Shown in pieces: positions 36,383 to 39,671 of a stretch of DNA of 39,671 bases. The translations under genes were made by a program, and so were the position numbers. Every line of letters begins with the position of its first letter. Positions within the stretch are counted from its first letter, which is position 1. Origin of the DNA: Mesotaenium endlicherianum (lineage: Eukaryota); the NCBI GenBank assembly GCA_009602735.1, contig WELA01000919.1, positions 1 through 39,671 on the forward strand. Direction: 5' to 3'. The notes under the pieces were generated by a model that saw only the letters and a list, made by a program, of their open reading frames with translations, was not told where the DNA came from and made no database searches.

Positions 36383-39300
36383 CTAGCTGCCAAACGCGGG
36401 GAAGTCTTCCAGACTCTCGAGTGTCATTCCCTTGTTGTCCAGTAAGCAGGGTCCATCTTCCTTGCCGTTCACATCTGAGCAGTAGGTCTCGGCCAAGGTG
36501 AAGAGCTCGTTCACGTTCTGAAACAGAAACTCCAGAAAGCTCGATAATCCAGGATAATCCAAGACCAGGTTCACTGGATCTTTCTCACTGGAGTGCGGGT
36601 GCTCCCTCAGGAAGGCTTTGGCAGCAGTCAAGTCTGCGTGGAGGCGAGCCACGAGATGGAACTGGAAATGATGCAGGGCGTGGTACAGCACAGAGCGTCC
36701 CAGGCAGAACCGCCCAACAGTATAACGTTCCTTCTCCTCATCCTCCTGCGTGCCACGCGCTTTGGCAGTAGAGGCATCCGTGTGACAAAGCCCCCACACA
36801 TTCTGTCTATCATATGGCTTGCCGCTCAGCACAATCTTCAGGCATGGGCATGAGGTCAGAGGCAGGTGTGTGTCACAAGGCCGCCTTTGTTAGACGAGAA
36901 CTTCACAGCAAAGGACTGCCGATATAATCACGCCCCCGAGCTGGCGTGTAGGGTACAGAGTCTACAGACACAAGACGAGGAGCATTGCTTCCCATGTTCT
37001 GTATCCTCGCCAAATCCAAAGAATTTTGTCGTCACGAAAGTCCATGCATCACTATAGCACAGCACGAGAGCAGAATACATCAGAGCAGGCGCAAGATCCT
37101 CCCAGTTTCTCTACGCACCTTGCGAGAGACCTCAAGTAGAAGCATTAGATTCTACTTGGAGCACATCCTTGCATGCAGCCCCCAGTTAACGCAAACCGTG
37201 AGGCTTGAGCATAGATAGAGGCGGCAACTCACAGTCTTGATTGCCTGGCGGTCGATTCTCCTGCAAACCTCGCAAGTTCCGGATCCACCATGTACACGTT
37301 TCAGGTATGGACGGGTCTTGAGAGCCAGCCCGGGAGCACGCTGCCACGCAGAGCTGGTCACAGCGTCCCTTTTGGTTTGCAATAGATTCTGCCAAGCTCA
37401 GGAGAAAGGATGCGTCAGAACAGCGTGCGCGCCGGTGGCCAACGGCGGCCATTTCTGGGCATCCAAACGGCTAGGTCTTCATCGGCTTAACTCTGAGCTT
37501 CACTCTTGGCTCCTGCAGACGGGCAACACTTGCTCCTGCAGACAGGCAGCAGCTCTAAAAAGTACTTGCCGCCCGTGATCATAGTCTAAGTTTCAAAGAG
37601 ACCTGGCTTACAAAAACTTGGACTTCTGCAGAGGGGCCCGTCAAAAATGTTCACAAGCTGAGAGAGTTCTGCTCTGCTCTGCTCTGTCAAGCACTTCCAC
37701 AATTCCACAGGATGCCGCTCTCAGACTTGTCGCCCGCGGCGCAGGACACATGCACGCACCACATGCATGTGAACGCAAGTCCCCGTAGGCTGCTATGTTC
37801 CTAAACTCTTGCATAAGGAAAAAGAAATATGGTGAGAGGAGATCGTTTCGCACCTCGAACTTCTTCACATCGTGCCAATAATTTGTTGGGTCGTCCTGTC
37901 TCTCAAGCAGCCAAAAAATGTCATGCGGCGTGCAACTTAGTCAGCAGCCGTGCATCCTTCTGCACGGGCATCCTTCTGCAGGCGCGCGTGCGCAGGTGGC
38001 TGGCACGTGCAAGGGCAAGCCACAACTATCTCCCACAGAAGCTCTAGGCAGGTACTCCTCCCCCCCAGGTCACCTGCTAGCTCAAGCCTATGAACTAGTC
38101 CAGTTCTCAGGTGCATATGCCTGGACCTGGTACAATGCAAAGGTGAAATATGTGTGAGCTATTCACGGCTTGTGATATCTGAGGCTAAGGTCGCCATGCA
38201 AGAACAACTGAAACATCCTTCATGTGCGGCTATGCGGGGCACGCTGGACAAGGTACTTGAAAGCAGCATACACGTTGGATTTCTGCCGGGATGTAATCAA
38301 GAAACATGGCAGGAAATGTGTCTGCTTCAATCTGACGGGCTGAAGGGACATGTTGATGTACCTCTATGCTGAATGTAGGTTTAAGAGTTTCACCAGGTGA
38401 TACTGGACAAAGACCCTAAAACGCTCACGCACAAAATTTCCGCTGTCCTCTTGAGACACTTCGCCTCTCTCTTCTTCATCAACGGGCCAGGCTTCGCCAC
38501 TCCCCTTGCTCTACATGGTAGCCCAGCGACGGTATTTGCACTGCTTTCGCCACAGTCGCGGTCGTCAGCTACATAGTTGTACATGTTTGCTTGGGTGTCC
38601 GCAACGATAAATTCATCAGGGTCGGCATCGGAGTCGCCACCAGGGTCGTCAGGGTCACCATTGGAGTTGTCATCAGGGTCGCCATCAGAGTTGCCATCAG
38701 GGCCGCCATCAGCTTCAAAAACTTCTTGTCCCTTCTGGGGCGACAGACTTTTCCATTCAGCCGACTGCACCCCCCAGCTCTCCTCCTCGGAGTTGTCAAG
38801 AGCTTCTGTATCAATGGCCCCTCCTTCAGGGCACACAGTCCACCGACTCCATGAGTCTAACGTCTCTGTCTTACCCAATTCTTGCCCCGTCACCACAACT
38901 ATATTCCTTCTCTCTACCAATGGTGTGGTGTTATGGAGCTCGTCTGGTGTTTCCCCTCCGGTATTACGCACGCACTCACCTGCAACTTCACGCCTGCCTG
39001 AGCTTTCTTCATCCTTTGAACACCGCTGGCGTTTTTGGCGCTTACGAGGAACAAATTGCGAGAGTCTAATCTCCTCCAAGCTCTCCTCCTCGGGGTCGCG
39101 CACAGCCTCTCTGTCCAACTGCAAGGTCCACAGTCTGCCGCTTTCTTGGTTTTGAAGCCTCTGTCGGAAGCAGATTCTTTGCCATTCTTCTGACAGCTTT
39201 CTCCCTCTCTGCAAGCGGTGTGGTGCTGTTGCGTTCATTTGGTACCTTCTCTCCAGCAGGCTCGCGTTTCCCGGCACCATTTCCTCCACGTGGGCCTTCC

Positions 39301-39428
39301 ATGTTCTTCCAATGCTGTGGGCTCTTTGGGACAGGCTGAGGGAGTTCAGCCTCTTTCCTCCTCGCAATTGCGAGAGCTCCCATTGTCGCCTCGGGAGTTG
39401 CTTCCTCCTGCGCTTTCACGTATATCAT
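36383..39428 (-). pseudogene. Decayed coding-like region of unknown identity (pseudogene, TE remnant or unresolved gene)
   Basis: Minus-strand ORFs 39066-39428, 38390-39367 and 36383-36832 have protein-like composition, but intervening frames contain stops and frameshifts. No recognisable domain. Confidence 0.35.
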
Positions 39429-39598
39429 ATTACTGCTCTAAAGTTGACTGTCTGAATTTTCGTTTCATTGAAATAGGCCTGTGACACACACAAACATCAC
39501 AGAAATTGATGTTGAAGTATGTAAGAATTCTACATGGCTGTACTTTTCAACATTACCGTGTGTGGGTACACGCATGTGCGTGTATGTGTCAGAGTGTG

Positions 39599-39605
39599 TG
39601 CGTGC

Positions 39606-39671
<66 letters not shown>
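39599..39671. repeat. Compound microsatellite (GCGT)n(GT)n(GA)n
   Basis: Directly visible. Confidence 0.95.

Noticed and set aside
36830..38390. Cys-rich fragments suggesting a CxC/KDZ-type transposase
   Set aside because: The diagnostic catalytic motifs could not be found in the frames inspected.

Overview
Eukaryotic genomic DNA with five N-gaps. GC-rich exons, introns full of (GT)n/(GCGT)n/(CAG)n, and plant-type proteins suggest a streptophyte green alga (possibly Zygnematophyceae; inference). Bases 1-7007 are the 3' part of a Ty3/Gypsy chromovirus LTR retrotransposon (PR-RT-RH-INT-chromodomain, PPT, ~1.06 kb 3' LTR). Between pol and the LTR it carries an unexplained ~560-codon sense cargo ORF with an apparent promoter and 5'-UTR intron, bracketed by duplicated PPT modules; this is the main finding. 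A diverged, truncated LTR copy lies inverted downstream (7315-8068). Three spliced host genes can be reconstructed: a subfamily IX (FBH/AKS-like) bHLH factor (+), the RNase P/MRP subunit POP4/Rpp29 (-), and N-terminal glutamine amidohydrolase NTAQ1 (+); POP4 and NTAQ1 are head-to-head. Three MITEs with TIRs and 8-bp TSDs (hAT-like) lie in intergenic DNA, and a decayed, unidentified coding-like region lies on the minus strand at 36.4-39.4 kb.
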